Virus record (IMG/VR): IMGVR_UViG_3300042514_000542
Coordinates: 62,001-126,000 of that record
Length of the DNA stretch: 64,000 nucleotides
Reading direction: 5' to 3' (one strand)
The translations under genes and the position numbers were made by a program. Numbering within the stretch: the first letter of the stretch is position 1; every line of letters starts with the position of its first letter. Below, piece by piece: positions 27,024-38,266 of this stretch. Under the pieces are notes generated by a model. The model was not told the DNA's origin and searched no databases. It worked only from the letters and a program-made list of their open reading frames with translations.

Positions 27024-28259
27024 TTATTTTACTTCTAATAGATATTTGATTCTGATTTGATTTCCATTATAGACAATCAATTCGTCATTTAGGAAAGATG
27101 TGTTTTGTGGCAATGCCCAGCAGGAATCATATCCAGATGGTAATTGACTGAAAGTATGTTTTGTATAGTAAGGATTACCCATCACGAAGTCACAGATAAA
27201 TAACCACCCACTATCACCCTTACCTTGACCCCATCTACCTAGAGTATACCCTAAACTTTTTGATGCTGTTTCAGATCCGTAAGTCCCGTTTCCAAAGGCT
27301 TTTCCGGCTATAGCGACAGTAGATGGTGGACTAGGTTGTAGACCACTTTTTAAAATACTGAGAATATTTGCGGAAGAACTTCCATGCCACACTTCCTTAA
27401 CATTCACCGGATTCTTCACAAAGTTAGCATTGTAATCCACAATGTCAACCTCATAAATGTTGATAATTTTAACATGTTGATAATGATGCATTGGTTTATT
27501 CGTGCTATTATACCAATCTTGAATTTTCTTAATAACCTTGGGATCAGTCACCAGAGACATATTGAGATTGAATACCTTTTCAGTAGAAGGTTTAGTGGCA
27601 TCAACAGGTGCTTTAAGTGCCATTTCAACACTGTTATCAAGAGCGTCCAATACATCAGATTCCTTCTTAACTACATCAACATTTGGAAAGATATTCTCAT
27701 ATAATAATCCACCACCCTTTGGTCTTGGGATGATCTTAAGATAATCATCAATTTTTTGATTGAAATCATCCTGACCATTCTTCTTAATGTTTTTGAAGAA
27801 GTAATCGAGTAGAATACGTGCCTCTGAGATACCCTCTTTGGTTACGATACCCAAGGGGGTTTGGAATACACCGTTATTGAAACTAATACTAGTTGAGTTG
27901 GTGATCTTATGGACATTGCTATCTGCAAGTCTCTTAACAAGAGTCTTAAGACTACTATCCGATAACTTAATTTGTGATAAGGCGATATCCGCCAATGACG
28001 TATTAGCAATAACCTTATTGGTTACAGCACCTTCCATTAGGACTTTAGCATGAGTATAACCCTTACGTTCCTTCTCACGGATTTTCTTATCAAAAAATGA
28101 CTTACCAACACATCCGAAATCCTTTGATTGTGGGTTCTTTGCCCCAACTACACCAAATTCCGCCATAACTCTTCCGTCGTCATGTAATTCGGCTTGCCAA
28201 AACTTATATGAGTTAGCTTTTAAGTCTGAGAAAACGAGCTTTACTTTTTCTTTTATCAT
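27024..28259 (-). CDS. WGR-domain PARP-like ADP-ribosyltransferase
   Basis: N-terminal WGR-like region (SYKFW..EFGVVG); catalytic WHGS..N..SIL..GL, G.AFG.G.YG, NDELIVY. Confidence 0.85.
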   Translation of the reverse strand: MIKEKVKLVFSDLKANSYKFWQAELHDDGRVMAEFGVVGAKNPQSKDFGCVGKSFFDKKIREKERKGYTHAKVLMEGAVTNKVIANTSLADIALSQIKLSDSSLKTLVKRLADSNVHKITNSTSISFNNGVFQTPLGIVTKEGISEARILLDYFFKNIKKNGQDDFNQKIDDYLKIIPRPKGGGLLYENIFPNVDVVKKESDVLDALDNSVEMALKAPVDATKPSTEKVFNLNMSLVTDPKVIKKIQDWYNSTNKPMHHYQHVKIINIYEVDIVDYNANFVKNPVNVKEVWHGSSSANILSILKSGLQPSPPSTVAIAGKAFGNGTYGSETASKSLGYTLGRWGQGKGDSGWLFICDFVMGNPYYTKHTFSQLPSGYDSCWALPQNTSFLNDELIVYNGNQIRIKYLLEVK

Positions 28260-28536
28260 TAGTATGATTGTATTTCGGTTTTAATTATTCTTTCTATAAC
28301 CCACTGTTGATATTGATATCCATCTTTTTGCGGATCATACAAATCATCATTATCAATACAATTCCATGTGTCTCCGACACGAATAGGAGTAAAACTTAAA
28401 AGATCGTTATATGTGTAAGTTAGACCATCACATAAGTTATTTGCGCATGAATACCTATCGGAAGATTCATATATACGAATATTCTTTGGAATGTCCGATA
28501 ACACTATACCGTATACCTTTTCGTGTTCATCCCATG

Positions 28537-29619
28537 TCATAAGTCTAATAGTTGTTCCATTGCCACTTTCACAAGTTTATCTTCAACCACTCTATCATCA
28601 AGTAGACAGAATGCCAATGATGTTTGCCAAGCCTTGAATCTACCAGTGATATATAGTGCCTGTTCCTTACGGGTTTCCAAAAGCTTAATATGATTCTTAA
28701 GTTCGTATTCTATAATATTGAGAGTATGAACATACTTACCATAAGATTCTGTGACCTTACCGATAAAGTCCTTACACTTCTCCGCAATTTCGAAATCAAG
28801 TGTCGTTTCGATGTAATTATAGAATTCCTTCTCTTCTACAAACTTAGGTGAAGCCAAGAACACATCAAGAACTTGCTTGATGCCTTTGATACCAGTAGCA
28901 AGCTTGTGGAGTTCACAGTATTCATCTGCCTTGATCTTCTTTAATGTTTGACCATCAGGTGAATATAACACTACGCCTTCTTTACCAGTCCATGCTGCAA
29001 CATCAAGGATACATTCTTCGACAGAATTATATTCATACTTTTCAGGACGATTAACTCCAAACATTTTAGATGAACCATCCAATGCGGCTTGATTTGCATA
29101 TCTCATTGTGCGGTGTCCCACAATACCAACCAAAGTTAAAGTAGGTTCATCATGTTCACGAAGAACAATAATGTTTGAAGGAGTGGTCCATTCAAATAAC
29201 AATGATGATATCCCAGCATCCAACCAATTATTATCAAATGCCTTTGGATACTTCTTTATAAGAAGATCAATCTCATGACCATTAGCCATTTGACGAGCAT
29301 CAACAGTTCCACGGGTTCTTATGATAAGTTCCCCTTTATACTTTGAAACGATTAATAAACTTCCGTCTAATTTATGTCGCGCTTCGATCTTCCATGAGTT
29401 GTCCCAAGGTTGAAAATCAGGACGCTCACCAAAGTTAGTGAACTTGGCAAAACCTTGTGATACTACAAAGTTATCAGACTTACGAACAATACAAGAACGG
29501 AATCGTGCATTGTCATCAAACCACTTCGTAGCCATATCGACAGGGTTGATCAACCAACATTCATCTCCTGCTATGGTGCAGTCTTTGAATTTGAATTGTT
29601 CTGGATCGGGTAACTTCAT
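28537..29619 (-). CDS. RNA ligase, T4 Rnl1-like
   Basis: KFTNFGE, HKLDGSLLI, FEWTTP.N.IV, EGVVL, KKIK. Confidence 0.8.
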   Translation of the reverse strand: MKLPDPEQFKFKDCTIAGDECWLINPVDMATKWFDDNARFRSCIVRKSDNFVVSQGFAKFTNFGERPDFQPWDNSWKIEARHKLDGSLLIVSKYKGELIIRTRGTVDARQMANGHEIDLLIKKYPKAFDNNWLDAGISSLLFEWTTPSNIIVLREHDEPTLTLVGIVGHRTMRYANQAALDGSSKMFGVNRPEKYEYNSVEECILDVAAWTGKEGVVLYSPDGQTLKKIKADEYCELHKLATGIKGIKQVLDVFLASPKFVEEKEFYNYIETTLDFEIAEKCKDFIGKVTESYGKYVHTLNIIEYELKNHIKLLETRKEQALYITGRFKAWQTSLAFCLLDDRVVEDKLVKVAMEQLLDL

Positions 29620-29864
29620 AGTCTTTTGTATTCTTTTAATAATTCCTTCGCGGCATGTTCTATATCGGGATTAAGCCAATCCCGATTTTGAGGTAAATCG
29701 TCAATAATAGCTTTCAACAATAACAGACACTCATCAAAATCTTTGTTGCGTTTCGTAATCAATAATTCCTTATATTCCTCGAATATATTATTCATATGGT
29801 AAGTATACTTCGGTTTTAATTAATGGACTTACTTGGAAATTTCAACCTCCAAGTAAGTTAAGTT

Positions 29865-30836
29865 TTATTTCAATTGCATTAGCATATTGGTAGCGTCACC
29901 TGTAATCATAGTAGGTGTCTTACCATCCCACTTCTTAACAGCATCAGCCAGAGCATTAGCCTTAATCATTTCAATTTCAATATCAACAAGTTTCTTACGT
30001 TCTTCGGCAGCAGCAGAGAACTCAATAGCTTGTGCTTTCTGACCTTCGGCTTCTGACAATAGGCGTTTATTGATTTCAAGTTGTTGTGCAGTTCTTTGTT
30101 TCTCACGCTCAACTTCCATTTCTGCAACATAAGCATCATTAATAGCCTTTTGAATTTCTGGTTGTTCAAAGAACAGACCTTCAGCAAGACCAATGGATGT
30201 AATGGTAATACCATACTTCTTGAAATGTTCAGTGACTTGAGTTTTCAAGGCTTCTGTAATTTCATTTTTCTCAGATTTACTTTCTTGTAGGGATCTTGAT
30301 GCAAATTCTTGTGATAGAACTGTGTGAACTCGCTCACGGACATTTTGATCCATAATAGTTGTTAGATCACCACCACGATAGTAGTATAGATAAGTCGCTG
30401 TATCAGCTTCTTCTACGTGTGCTGATGCGTTAATACCAACACTGAATCCAATAGAATCCCTAGATTCAACACCGAAAGTTTTTTCGGATAGATTTATCCT
30501 ATTACCAGTAGGTTCGGTAATCCAATTTCGAGTAACAGGACTTCTATTAACGGTAATAACCCTAACGGTTGGAATCCATTCAATACTATGTCCCCATCTA
30601 CCTACTTGTCTTTCCCTTTGAGGAATTACAATTCGTTTTGCGGCTACCTGATTTTCTTGTAGAAATTCAATACTTTCCAATTTCTCCTGATTCTCTGTTC
30701 CCATTTCAAGGGGGATTACAAATGCAGTTTCATTGGGTTCAATTTCTACGATTGGGTCAACTCGAACTGGTTTCATACAAGATGATTGCATAATTACCAG
30801 TGCGGCTAGTGTCATTGTTATTAGTGTTTTCTTCAT
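29865..30836 (-). CDS. SPFH/band-7 domain lipoprotein
   Basis: Lipobox QSSC, SRDSIGFSV, FKKYGITITSIG, coiled coil, KWDGKTP. Confidence 0.8.
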   Translation of the reverse strand: MKKTLITMTLAALVIMQSSCMKPVRVDPIVEIEPNETAFVIPLEMGTENQEKLESIEFLQENQVAAKRIVIPQRERQVGRWGHSIEWIPTVRVITVNRSPVTRNWITEPTGNRINLSEKTFGVESRDSIGFSVGINASAHVEEADTATYLYYYRGGDLTTIMDQNVRERVHTVLSQEFASRSLQESKSEKNEITEALKTQVTEHFKKYGITITSIGLAEGLFFEQPEIQKAINDAYVAEMEVEREKQRTAQQLEINKRLLSEAEGQKAQAIEFSAAAEERKKLVDIEIEMIKANALADAVKKWDGKTPTMITGDATNMLMQLK

Positions 30837-31261
30837 ATTATTTCTGTTTTGTTTTTGGTTTGATAATTCGAACTACGAATAGTCCATAGAAGACAACAGC
30901 AGCAACCTTTACCGCTGTTTGTGTGGTTTGCCAAAATTGGTATTCGGCTCTTGCAGCTTGATAATCAAATCCCTTAAGGACTTGCTTTGATGCTGCGATT
31001 GCAGATTCCCCTTCGAAAAACCATCCGAAGTTGAAGCTGATTATAGTCAGTAATACTGCTATTGTCAAGTATATATATTTTGTCATATTTTGTATTGTTA
31101 AATGTCTTTCCAGATCAAGCCTTTTCTGAATTTCGTAATTAGTTCTTTTTCCTTAGCTGTCATTACTCTCTTCTTACTCTTGAATCGAGTAGTCATAGAA
31201 TCCTTCACAAGACTCTTGGTGTTCATGTGAAAGGTTTTACCCATTGTGTAATATTGTGGCA

Positions 31262-31675
31262 TTATCTTAGCTTAAGAGACTGTTTAATATTATTCTCATG
31301 TCTTTCAAGAATTTCTTCTCCCACACCATGAACGTTCTTACCACCATGACGATTTTCAACCACTAGGAATATAACATCCGCATCAAAGTTTTTAGCCTCT
31401 TTTTCATAATAGGTAAAATCATTAACTTTGGTATTAGTATTATTCACGATGATATCAGTTACAGTGGATTCCTTAAGAGCTTCTTTGAAATTATACATAC
31501 AAACACTATGGGCATGTGCAAGTTTATTAACATCCCAATTATAATTTCCATCCTTATCAGTAAAGAAATCATCAGCACTAACAGAAACCCATCCAATATT
31601 TCGAGTAAGTTTTGTGGTTACAAAATCCTTACCAGCACCGGAACATCCTCTCAAAATCCATACAGTTTTTTTCAT
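31262..31675 (-). CDS. P-loop kinase, Pnk kinase / AAA_33-like
   Basis: ILRGCSGAGK, SADDFF, VNNTNT, NVHGV. Confidence 0.8.
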   Translation of the reverse strand: MKKTVWILRGCSGAGKDFVTTKLTRNIGWVSVSADDFFTDKDGNYNWDVNKLAHAHSVCMYNFKEALKESTVTDIIVNNTNTKVNDFTYYEKEAKNFDADVIFLVVENRHGGKNVHGVGEEILERHENNIKQSLKLR

Positions 31676-31679
31676 ATTA

Positions 31680-32117
31680 TTATTTCTTAATTTCTATCAT
31701 TTTAGGCCAATCTGGAAATACCGAATTGTTTTTTCCGTTCGCCACTGTTAAATGTAATCCTCTATAGTTTTCACCATCAACAATACCTAATTTCTTTTTC
31801 ATCTGATCAAGGTCTTCAGAAAAGACCTTGAGGTAATACATAAGGAATCCTTTACGATAACCACCTTCAATCAAGTAAGGATCATAAGTAAATTCAAACT
31901 CTTTCTTATCATACCACATAGCCTTTTTCCAGTTGACTTTGGTATGATGTTTTTGTGAGAAGATTGTAATGTGACTTCCATGCCTGGGAGTTCCCATACG
32001 AATCCAATAGTGAGTTGAAATAAACCAATAGTAAAGCTTAACGAAATCAGGCGACACATCAAGGACGATACGACCTTTGTGTGGCTCAACTGAAATTTTC
32101 CCAATAGCGGTTAACAT
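31680..32117 (-). CDS. putative 2H phosphoesterase
   Basis: Two HxT motifs, HITIF and LHLTV, about 65 aa apart. Confidence 0.55.
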   Translation of the reverse strand: MLTAIGKISVEPHKGRIVLDVSPDFVKLYYWFISTHYWIRMGTPRHGSHITIFSQKHHTKVNWKKAMWYDKKEFEFTYDPYLIEGGYRKGFLMYYLKVFSEDLDQMKKKLGIVDGENYRGLHLTVANGKNNSVFPDWPKMIEIKK

Positions 32118-32137
32118 AGGGTTAGTGTATTTCGGTT

Positions 32138-32854
32138 TTAATTAATTCTTTCTTTAGCTATGTTAAAATACTCTTCGGATATCTCACTACCTATAAAGTT
32201 CATATTCATTTCTTTAGCAACTTTTCCAGTAGTTCCAGTTCCCATGAATGGGTCATATACAGTATCACCATCAGCACCAAATCTGCGAAGTATTCTTTCA
32301 ACTAATTGTTCTGGAAATGTTGCCCCATGTCCTTTGATTCTTTTACCTCTGGGTATTTCCCAAATATTAGGTTCAGTTCCACGACCAAAGTTACATTTAG
32401 AAAACATTCTACTTATAGCCTTCTCTTCGTCTTCAAATATTAGAAGTAATTCTGTTCTACTATTTAAAACATTGGATTGCATTGCGGGTTGACCATGACC
32501 CTTATCCCAAACTATAATGTCTTTTAAGTTATCGGAAAAGTCTCCAATCATCTTAAAAAATGCTCTCTTACTTCCAGTGACAATTTGAATATTGTAAAAA
32601 ACAATATCACCAACCCTTATAAGTTCCTTTAGGATAGAACTGTGTAATTCATAAAATTCTTCAATTGGTAGGTTATCAGAAAATCCATTATACTTTGTTG
32701 AGAATTCTTTAGTTACCTGTCTTGAGCAATACTTACCATTCATAATACGAAGATTCATATTGTATGGTGGTGAAGTTACAACAATATCTATAGACTTGTC
32801 ATCCATTCTAGATAAAGTATCTAGACAACTCTCATTATGTAGTATGGTCAACAT
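32138..32854 (-). CDS. amino (N4-C/N6-A) DNA methyltransferase, beta class
   Basis: VTSPPYN precedes HGATFP and YDPFMGTGTTG. Confidence 0.9.
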   Translation of the reverse strand: MLTILHNESCLDTLSRMDDKSIDIVVTSPPYNMNLRIMNGKYCSRQVTKEFSTKYNGFSDNLPIEEFYELHSSILKELIRVGDIVFYNIQIVTGSKRAFFKMIGDFSDNLKDIIVWDKGHGQPAMQSNVLNSRTELLLIFEDEEKAISRMFSKCNFGRGTEPNIWEIPRGKRIKGHGATFPEQLVERILRRFGADGDTVYDPFMGTGTTGKVAKEMNMNFIGSEISEEYFNIAKERIN

Positions 32855-32878
32855 GATCTTATTATATTTCGGTTTTAA

Positions 32879-33526
32879 TTAATTCTTTGTTGTTAAAGGT
32901 GTCAGTCCACTCAATCCTGTTACAGTGTCTATTAAAAACACTTCACCATTTCTGGGATTTTTATATCTCTCGAAATCCTTTACAGACCATCCCAAGAGAT
33001 ACATTAAATAAAGCTTGTTAAACTCTCCGTGAGCTACCACAATATTGTGTTCATACTTACTAGTAGCTAGAATATGTTGATGGAACAATACTGCGCGTTG
33101 GTAACAGTCGGCAAACGACTCACCACCAGAAGGACGGTAATAGAAATTGAAATGTGATTCTGTTTTATTTCCCATTTCAACAATATCCCTAAGATTACCC
33201 CATTCTCTTTCACGTATCAGGGGCAATTCTTCAAATTTATTAATTTGATAGTTTTGATAACCCGTGATCCTACCATGTAGGATATTTGCTGTTTGGTATG
33301 CCCTCTTATAAGAACTATGATATAAATTAAAATTACATCTGGGTTCTCTAGGTGGATTGTCTGATTTAGCGTCATGTTCAACCAAACTCATAATATCATC
33401 AGCCGCATTAATAGCATCATCCTTTCCTCGTTCAGCCAATTCAATATCACAATCTAGATTTCTAAAATATTCAGATTTATCGATATTCCCCTTCGACAAT
33501 CCGTGTCTAACTAAGTAAATTTTCAT
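32879..33526 (-). CDS. histidine phosphatase (phosphoglycerate mutase family)
   Basis: LVRHG.S.GN, IREREWG, GGES, VVAHG. Confidence 0.85.
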   Translation of the reverse strand: MKIYLVRHGLSKGNIDKSEYFRNLDCDIELAERGKDDAINAADDIMSLVEHDAKSDNPPREPRCNFNLYHSSYKRAYQTANILHGRITGYQNYQINKFEELPLIREREWGNLRDIVEMGNKTESHFNFYYRPSGGESFADCYQRAVLFHQHILATSKYEHNIVVAHGEFNKLYLMYLLGWSVKDFERYKNPRNGEVFLIDTVTGLSGLTPLTTKN

Positions 33527-33981
33527 ATTCTATTCCTTAAAGTATGCATCAGTGATCACTTCATTTTTATCATAATCAATCACTAACATAGGTGATCCAT
33601 CGTATCTCACATCATCCCTCAATTGAAGACCCCACTTATAAGTCATACAAAGTGTCATGATATCTATTGCAAAGAACTTACCAATCAAATCTTTTAGATC
33701 AACTTCAGGAAGATCCCACTCGAAACTATGCATGTTGAAGAATGGTTGATCCCTACCATCGAGAGGATCGTTATCATCAAATATATTAGGATATTCCTCT
33801 AACCACACATATGTAGAGGAAGAATTTAATTCCGTTTTTCTAACAGTATATTGTTGACCCGGAACTAGTTTCTTAGCATCTTCGTTAACGTTAATAAACC
33901 AACTTCTAGTAGGCTCTATAAATGTTATCTTCTGCCCTACTTTTGGTAGACCATGTAATATTTTTCTGTCATTAAACATGC

Positions 33982-34398
33982 TCATAATAGTGGTAGATGG
34001 TCTGTTAGACCATCGAATTTGCTCGATTCATGTGGCCCGATTGCAATTGCCGTCTTAGTCTTAACTCCATTAAATTCAGTCGCACCGTTGTCGATAATCA
34101 TATGGGATATTAACCCATTGTCAAGAGCCTTTTGGTGAAGTTCGTCAAGTTCTTGTTCACTGTTGACATAGACACAGATTTTACGAAATGAGTTTTTCAA
34201 CCAATGGTCTATTTCATCGACATGTTTAGATTCTAAGTCTTGATAAAAGTAGTCATCCCTATACACATGTTGATAATCGTAGTCAACCCGACCACCTTTT
34301 GTTAAGAATGACATTGATGCATGACTCGATTGGGCGCACATCTTCCCCTTCCTCATGTTGAGGTCTTTTCGGATTACTATAACCTGTTTAGTATTCAT
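33982..34398 (-). CDS. pth2: peptidyl-tRNA hydrolase type 2
   Basis: KQVIVIRKDL.M.KGK.CAQ.SHA, KICV, IIDNG.TEF, TAIAIGP. Confidence 0.9.
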   Translation of the reverse strand: MNTKQVIVIRKDLNMRKGKMCAQSSHASMSFLTKGGRVDYDYQHVYRDDYFYQDLESKHVDEIDHWLKNSFRKICVYVNSEQELDELHQKALDNGLISHMIIDNGATEFNGVKTKTAIAIGPHESSKFDGLTDHLPLL

Positions 34399-34738
34399 AT
34401 TTCGTTATTAGTGAACCAATTTTCCAGTGTTAGAAATGATATATTTTCTAATGATATATCACAACTAAACTCTTTAGTGAGAAAAGTAAAATAAGGACTT
34501 ATGTTGTGAGTTTTCACATACTCGTCATATTTTACACGAAACCCATTAAAATCATCGTTCAAAATGGTTGGTTGGTTATCTTTAAACCATGTATTATATT
34601 CATCATATGATTTCTTAGAATCTTCATATAATTGCAAAAAATCATACTCTGCCTTTTCCAAGGATTCATAGGTAAATGGATATGTGTTCACACCACAATA
34701 CTCTTCATCGCTATAATACTCTGTTAATACTAATTTCA

Positions 34739-35419
34739 TTACTTACAAGTGTAGATTCTCGACGGAACATGTCCCCCTTGAAATGTCCCCCAAGGGACTG
34801 TCATTGCATCGCCTGTTACGTCCGAAAACTTAGCCATTTTAGGATACCACATCTTATCAGTAATTTTATCAACCTTGTCCTTATGGACAAAGATGTGATA
34901 TCCACCACGGGTTTCCGTTACATCACAGTAGCCACCGCAAAGTTCAATACATGTTTGAAGAGTTTCATCGTTTTTATCGTCAACATCAAACATGATATAC
35001 TTTCGTTCACCTACGGACTTTTGGATTTCACTCATTACCTCTTGATGTGGATTAGAATTCTTCCCACCACATTCTAGAACAGTAGCAAGCTTGCCAATAC
35101 TACGCACAGTAGCCTTCCACAGATCCCTTGGACTGATACTGATGTAACATGCCAAAGACTCTTGTGGAACGTCTCTACCATCCAATTTATAAGCACCAAC
35201 CCTGCATTGCATTTGATCGATCTTATCGAAGATATACTCCTTCTTGGAAGTCTTTCTACATAGTTGCCCTTTGTCGCTTTTAATCCACGGCATTTCGGGG
35301 CAATACTTCTTCCTACAAAATAGAGTAAGATAGTATTGTTCGGTTTCCTTACAATCGGGTAGCCATTCAATAAACTCTCTCAACTTTTGCTCGTCTTTGA
35401 TGATTTCGTAATGTTTCAT
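34739..35419 (-). CDS. conserved phage protein, possible AEP primase-like fold
   Basis: MFDVDD and ETRGGYH motifs. Confidence 0.4.
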   Translation of the reverse strand: MKHYEIIKDEQKLREFIEWLPDCKETEQYYLTLFCRKKYCPEMPWIKSDKGQLCRKTSKKEYIFDKIDQMQCRVGAYKLDGRDVPQESLACYISISPRDLWKATVRSIGKLATVLECGGKNSNPHQEVMSEIQKSVGERKYIMFDVDDKNDETLQTCIELCGGYCDVTETRGGYHIFVHKDKVDKITDKMWYPKMAKFSDVTGDAMTVPWGTFQGGHVPSRIYTCK

Positions 35420-35443
35420 GTTGTGATTATACTTCGGTTTTAA

Positions 35444-36859
35444 TTAACTCTCTTCCTCCATATCGGCTTCGTTATTATCCCTCGCAGCGGATTCCTTAAT
35501 AACAAATTTAGGTGATTTGAATTTTAATGCGGTTCTCTTGGGATTGTTTTCAATTCTAAGAACAATACCCTCATTAACAACACCAGTGGTGCAAAGTTCA
35601 CAATCCTTATCAAGATGAGCCTCCTTAAGTTTTGCCAAGAAATTATCATTCCAATCTTTATCCATAGGGATATCATCAGCAAACATATCTCTAGCCAATC
35701 CAGTATAATATACTGGAACTGTTTTCAATCCAAGATCATGACAAAATTCCTCAATCTCATACCATTCCAATTCGTAGATTTTACCTTCAGGTAGGTTACA
35801 AGTAATTCTATATACTCGGAATTCGCATTCACCTTTAGCTACACCGTAATCATAACCCTTTTGGATGGTCGCACCACCGGAGGTATATCCCACAATTTCA
35901 CCATACACAGTATAACGTTCTGGAATTTCACCCTCAAGTTCTGCTGCAATAACACCCCATACATCATCAGTATAGTTCCCATCGCGTCTATTCTTAAGAA
36001 CACTACGACTAGAGTATACGAACTTATATTCCGTGTCTGGAATATTAAGTCCAAGATTGGGTACATAATATCCGATCTTATTAAGAATAGGTCTAGTGAT
36101 GCTGAATGGTTTCTTACAAAGAATGTTCGCAAAGATCGCAGACGTTCCATGCATCTTAGAAGATACCGTAATAAAATCATCAGGATTAACTAAGAAGATA
36201 TTCCTACCAAGATGTTCAGTCTTATAATGAAATGCGAATTGACCATCAACAAGTTGAGATTTGATACCTTCGGCCTTTCTATTGAACCATGCATTAATAG
36301 GCTTATATAGTTTAACACGAATAGGTCTTGGCATGACACCAATGGTTTTCTCAACCCATTTTGGAACACGGCTCTTTTTCTCATTAGCTTCACCGCTATT
36401 TCTAGCATCACCCTTAACGTATTTCTTGGCTAGAACATCTTCACCAACAGTATCAAAGATATCACCAAGTTTAAAGGTGTCTTCATCTACTTCATAATAT
36501 TTTGCTAGTTCGGATACTTTGAATAGGAATCCTTGGGATGGAATGGATCTTAGGCCAATAGCCTTAACACGACCATGCTTACCGAAAAATCCCTTGGTTT
36601 TTCCATCAGCATTAAGTTCGGCGTTATCTCTAAGATTTGCCCAAGATAGGAACTTAAGAGAAATGGCACATTCTACTGGAAAGTAGACCACAAGATCACC
36701 TTCGTTATAAGAACCTTTTCCAATGATAATAGTATTACCAAAGACTTCCACCAAAGAAAGTCTATCTGCGTTGGGGTGATCCTTAATAACAGGAACCTTT
36801 ACGACAGTTGGTAGGTAGTTGGGATCTGCACCCTCGCTAATAGTTAATTTTGCTTTCAT
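35444..36859 (-). CDS. RNA ligase, DRB0094 family (N-terminal OB/tRNA-binding domain)
   Basis: IKDHPNADRL, SKMHGTS, VYGEIVG, EGIVLR, KFKSPKF. Confidence 0.85.
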   Translation of the reverse strand: MKAKLTISEGADPNYLPTVVKVPVIKDHPNADRLSLVEVFGNTIIIGKGSYNEGDLVVYFPVECAISLKFLSWANLRDNAELNADGKTKGFFGKHGRVKAIGLRSIPSQGFLFKVSELAKYYEVDEDTFKLGDIFDTVGEDVLAKKYVKGDARNSGEANEKKSRVPKWVEKTIGVMPRPIRVKLYKPINAWFNRKAEGIKSQLVDGQFAFHYKTEHLGRNIFLVNPDDFITVSSKMHGTSAIFANILCKKPFSITRPILNKIGYYVPNLGLNIPDTEYKFVYSSRSVLKNRRDGNYTDDVWGVIAAELEGEIPERYTVYGEIVGYTSGGATIQKGYDYGVAKGECEFRVYRITCNLPEGKIYELEWYEIEEFCHDLGLKTVPVYYTGLARDMFADDIPMDKDWNDNFLAKLKEAHLDKDCELCTTGVVNEGIVLRIENNPKRTALKFKSPKFVIKESAARDNNEADMEEES

Positions 36860-36866
36860 AGTGTGA

Positions 36867-37169
36867 TTATACTTCGGTTTTAATTAAGTCCTTCTTCAGT
36901 TCACCAAATGTTTTCGATCTATTATGGTAGCCATATTCAATAATTTCTGATAGATATTTATCATCTTCAAATCGGGCAACTGGTGAACCAGAAAACATCC
37001 AAGATACACTACCACACCATTCAAATTCTGGAAATCCATTATGTCTACCATATTGAACCATAACACAACCACAGGGGTCGTTATCAAGACATTCTCTCAT
37101 ATCAACATTTCTATCATCGGGTTGTGATTCAATCCAATCGTGAAATTCTTTAATTTTTACTCTTTTCAT
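36867..37169 (-). CDS. hypothetical protein, paralog of 10294-10599
   Basis: WIESQPDDRNVDM..CGC; C-terminus LIKTEV is the translated promoter repeat. Confidence 0.6.
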   Translation of the reverse strand: MKRVKIKEFHDWIESQPDDRNVDMRECLDNDPCGCVMVQYGRHNGFPEFEWCGSVSWMFSGSPVARFEDDKYLSEIIEYGYHNRSKTFGELKKDLIKTEV

Positions 37170-37414
37170 TTAATTTCTCTATTTCTTTCTCGGTTTTTTC
37201 TTTAATCTTTTTAGCAACTTCCAGCATTTTTAATGCGAAATCATCTGGATGTTTTTCTACATGAATCTCCCAGAACATGACATACCCAATGGCATTCATC
37301 AAGCGTTTACCGTAGATTCTTTTAAGTCTGTATGGATCTTCTTCAAGCATTCTTTACATGTCACTCTTTTACGTTTCGGTGTAACTCTACCAGACGATTG
37401 TGAGAATTCCATAT

Positions 37415-38266
37415 TTATTCAAAATCGCGGATACTATGGATAAAGGGAAATCTGGGAATTTGCTTATCAGGTGTCTTATTAAAGAAAACCACAGTAGCCA
37501 ATTTACCAATGTAGTTATCCTTGTTATCTAACAGTTCTTTAAGGTATGCTCTATCACCTTTAATATTGGAATTGAAACTATGTCCAAGTTCGTTTTCAAA
37601 AACCATAGCACCTGCAAGCCCCGCACGATTTCCAACACCTTCCACAATATCAAGAATCTTATACTCTTCATCTTGGAATTCTTTCCTCTTAAGAAGATTA
37701 GCAGAACGCTTGAATTCATACGGTGTATCGAGTCGAACCATTTGACCCTCATAACCTCTATCAAGATATGCACCATAAACTTTATCTAAGGTTTCAAGAT
37801 CATCAATTCTTTGTGTAGTTACTCTAACAATACAATCGGGAAGATTAAAATTTTCTTTGATTGTTTTGATCCAATTTTTACGTTGTCTAAAAGTGTGTTT
37901 ATCACTGGCAGTATCATACCACCAGAATTGAACCATTTCGGCACTTTCCACCAAATCATCTTTGGTCGGTTTTTGCTTCTTAATCAAAGATGACATTTTG
38001 TTGAAGTCATGCTTCAAATCGTGGTTGTATAATTCACCATCAAGGATCAAATCTGGATACTTTTCAAATACGGGTTCCAGTGCTTCAAGAATATGTGGAA
38101 TAGTTGCCCAAGGTTTACCATTACGAGACTTTGCCCCATTACGAGTAATCACCGCTCGACAATTATGAACTAATATATCATTAGCGTAGAAGTTATGATT
38201 ATCTTCTACTTCTATATCATATCGATCATAAAAATCTTCTAATTTTTCTATCTTAACAATTTTCAT
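37415..38266 (-). CDS. lig: ATP-dependent DNA ligase C-terminal part, preceded by a 35-aa split intein C-fragment
   Basis: MKIVKIEK..YDIEVEDNHNFYANDILVHN|C (intein blocks F/G), then SRNGK, LDGELY, YEGQM, KRK, PRFP. Confidence 0.9.
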   Translation of the reverse strand: MKIVKIEKLEDFYDRYDIEVEDNHNFYANDILVHNCRAVITRNGAKSRNGKPWATIPHILEALEPVFEKYPDLILDGELYNHDLKHDFNKMSSLIKKQKPTKDDLVESAEMVQFWWYDTASDKHTFRQRKNWIKTIKENFNLPDCIVRVTTQRIDDLETLDKVYGAYLDRGYEGQMVRLDTPYEFKRSANLLKRKEFQDEEYKILDIVEGVGNRAGLAGAMVFENELGHSFNSNIKGDRAYLKELLDNKDNYIGKLATVVFFNKTPDKQIPRFPFIHSIRDFE

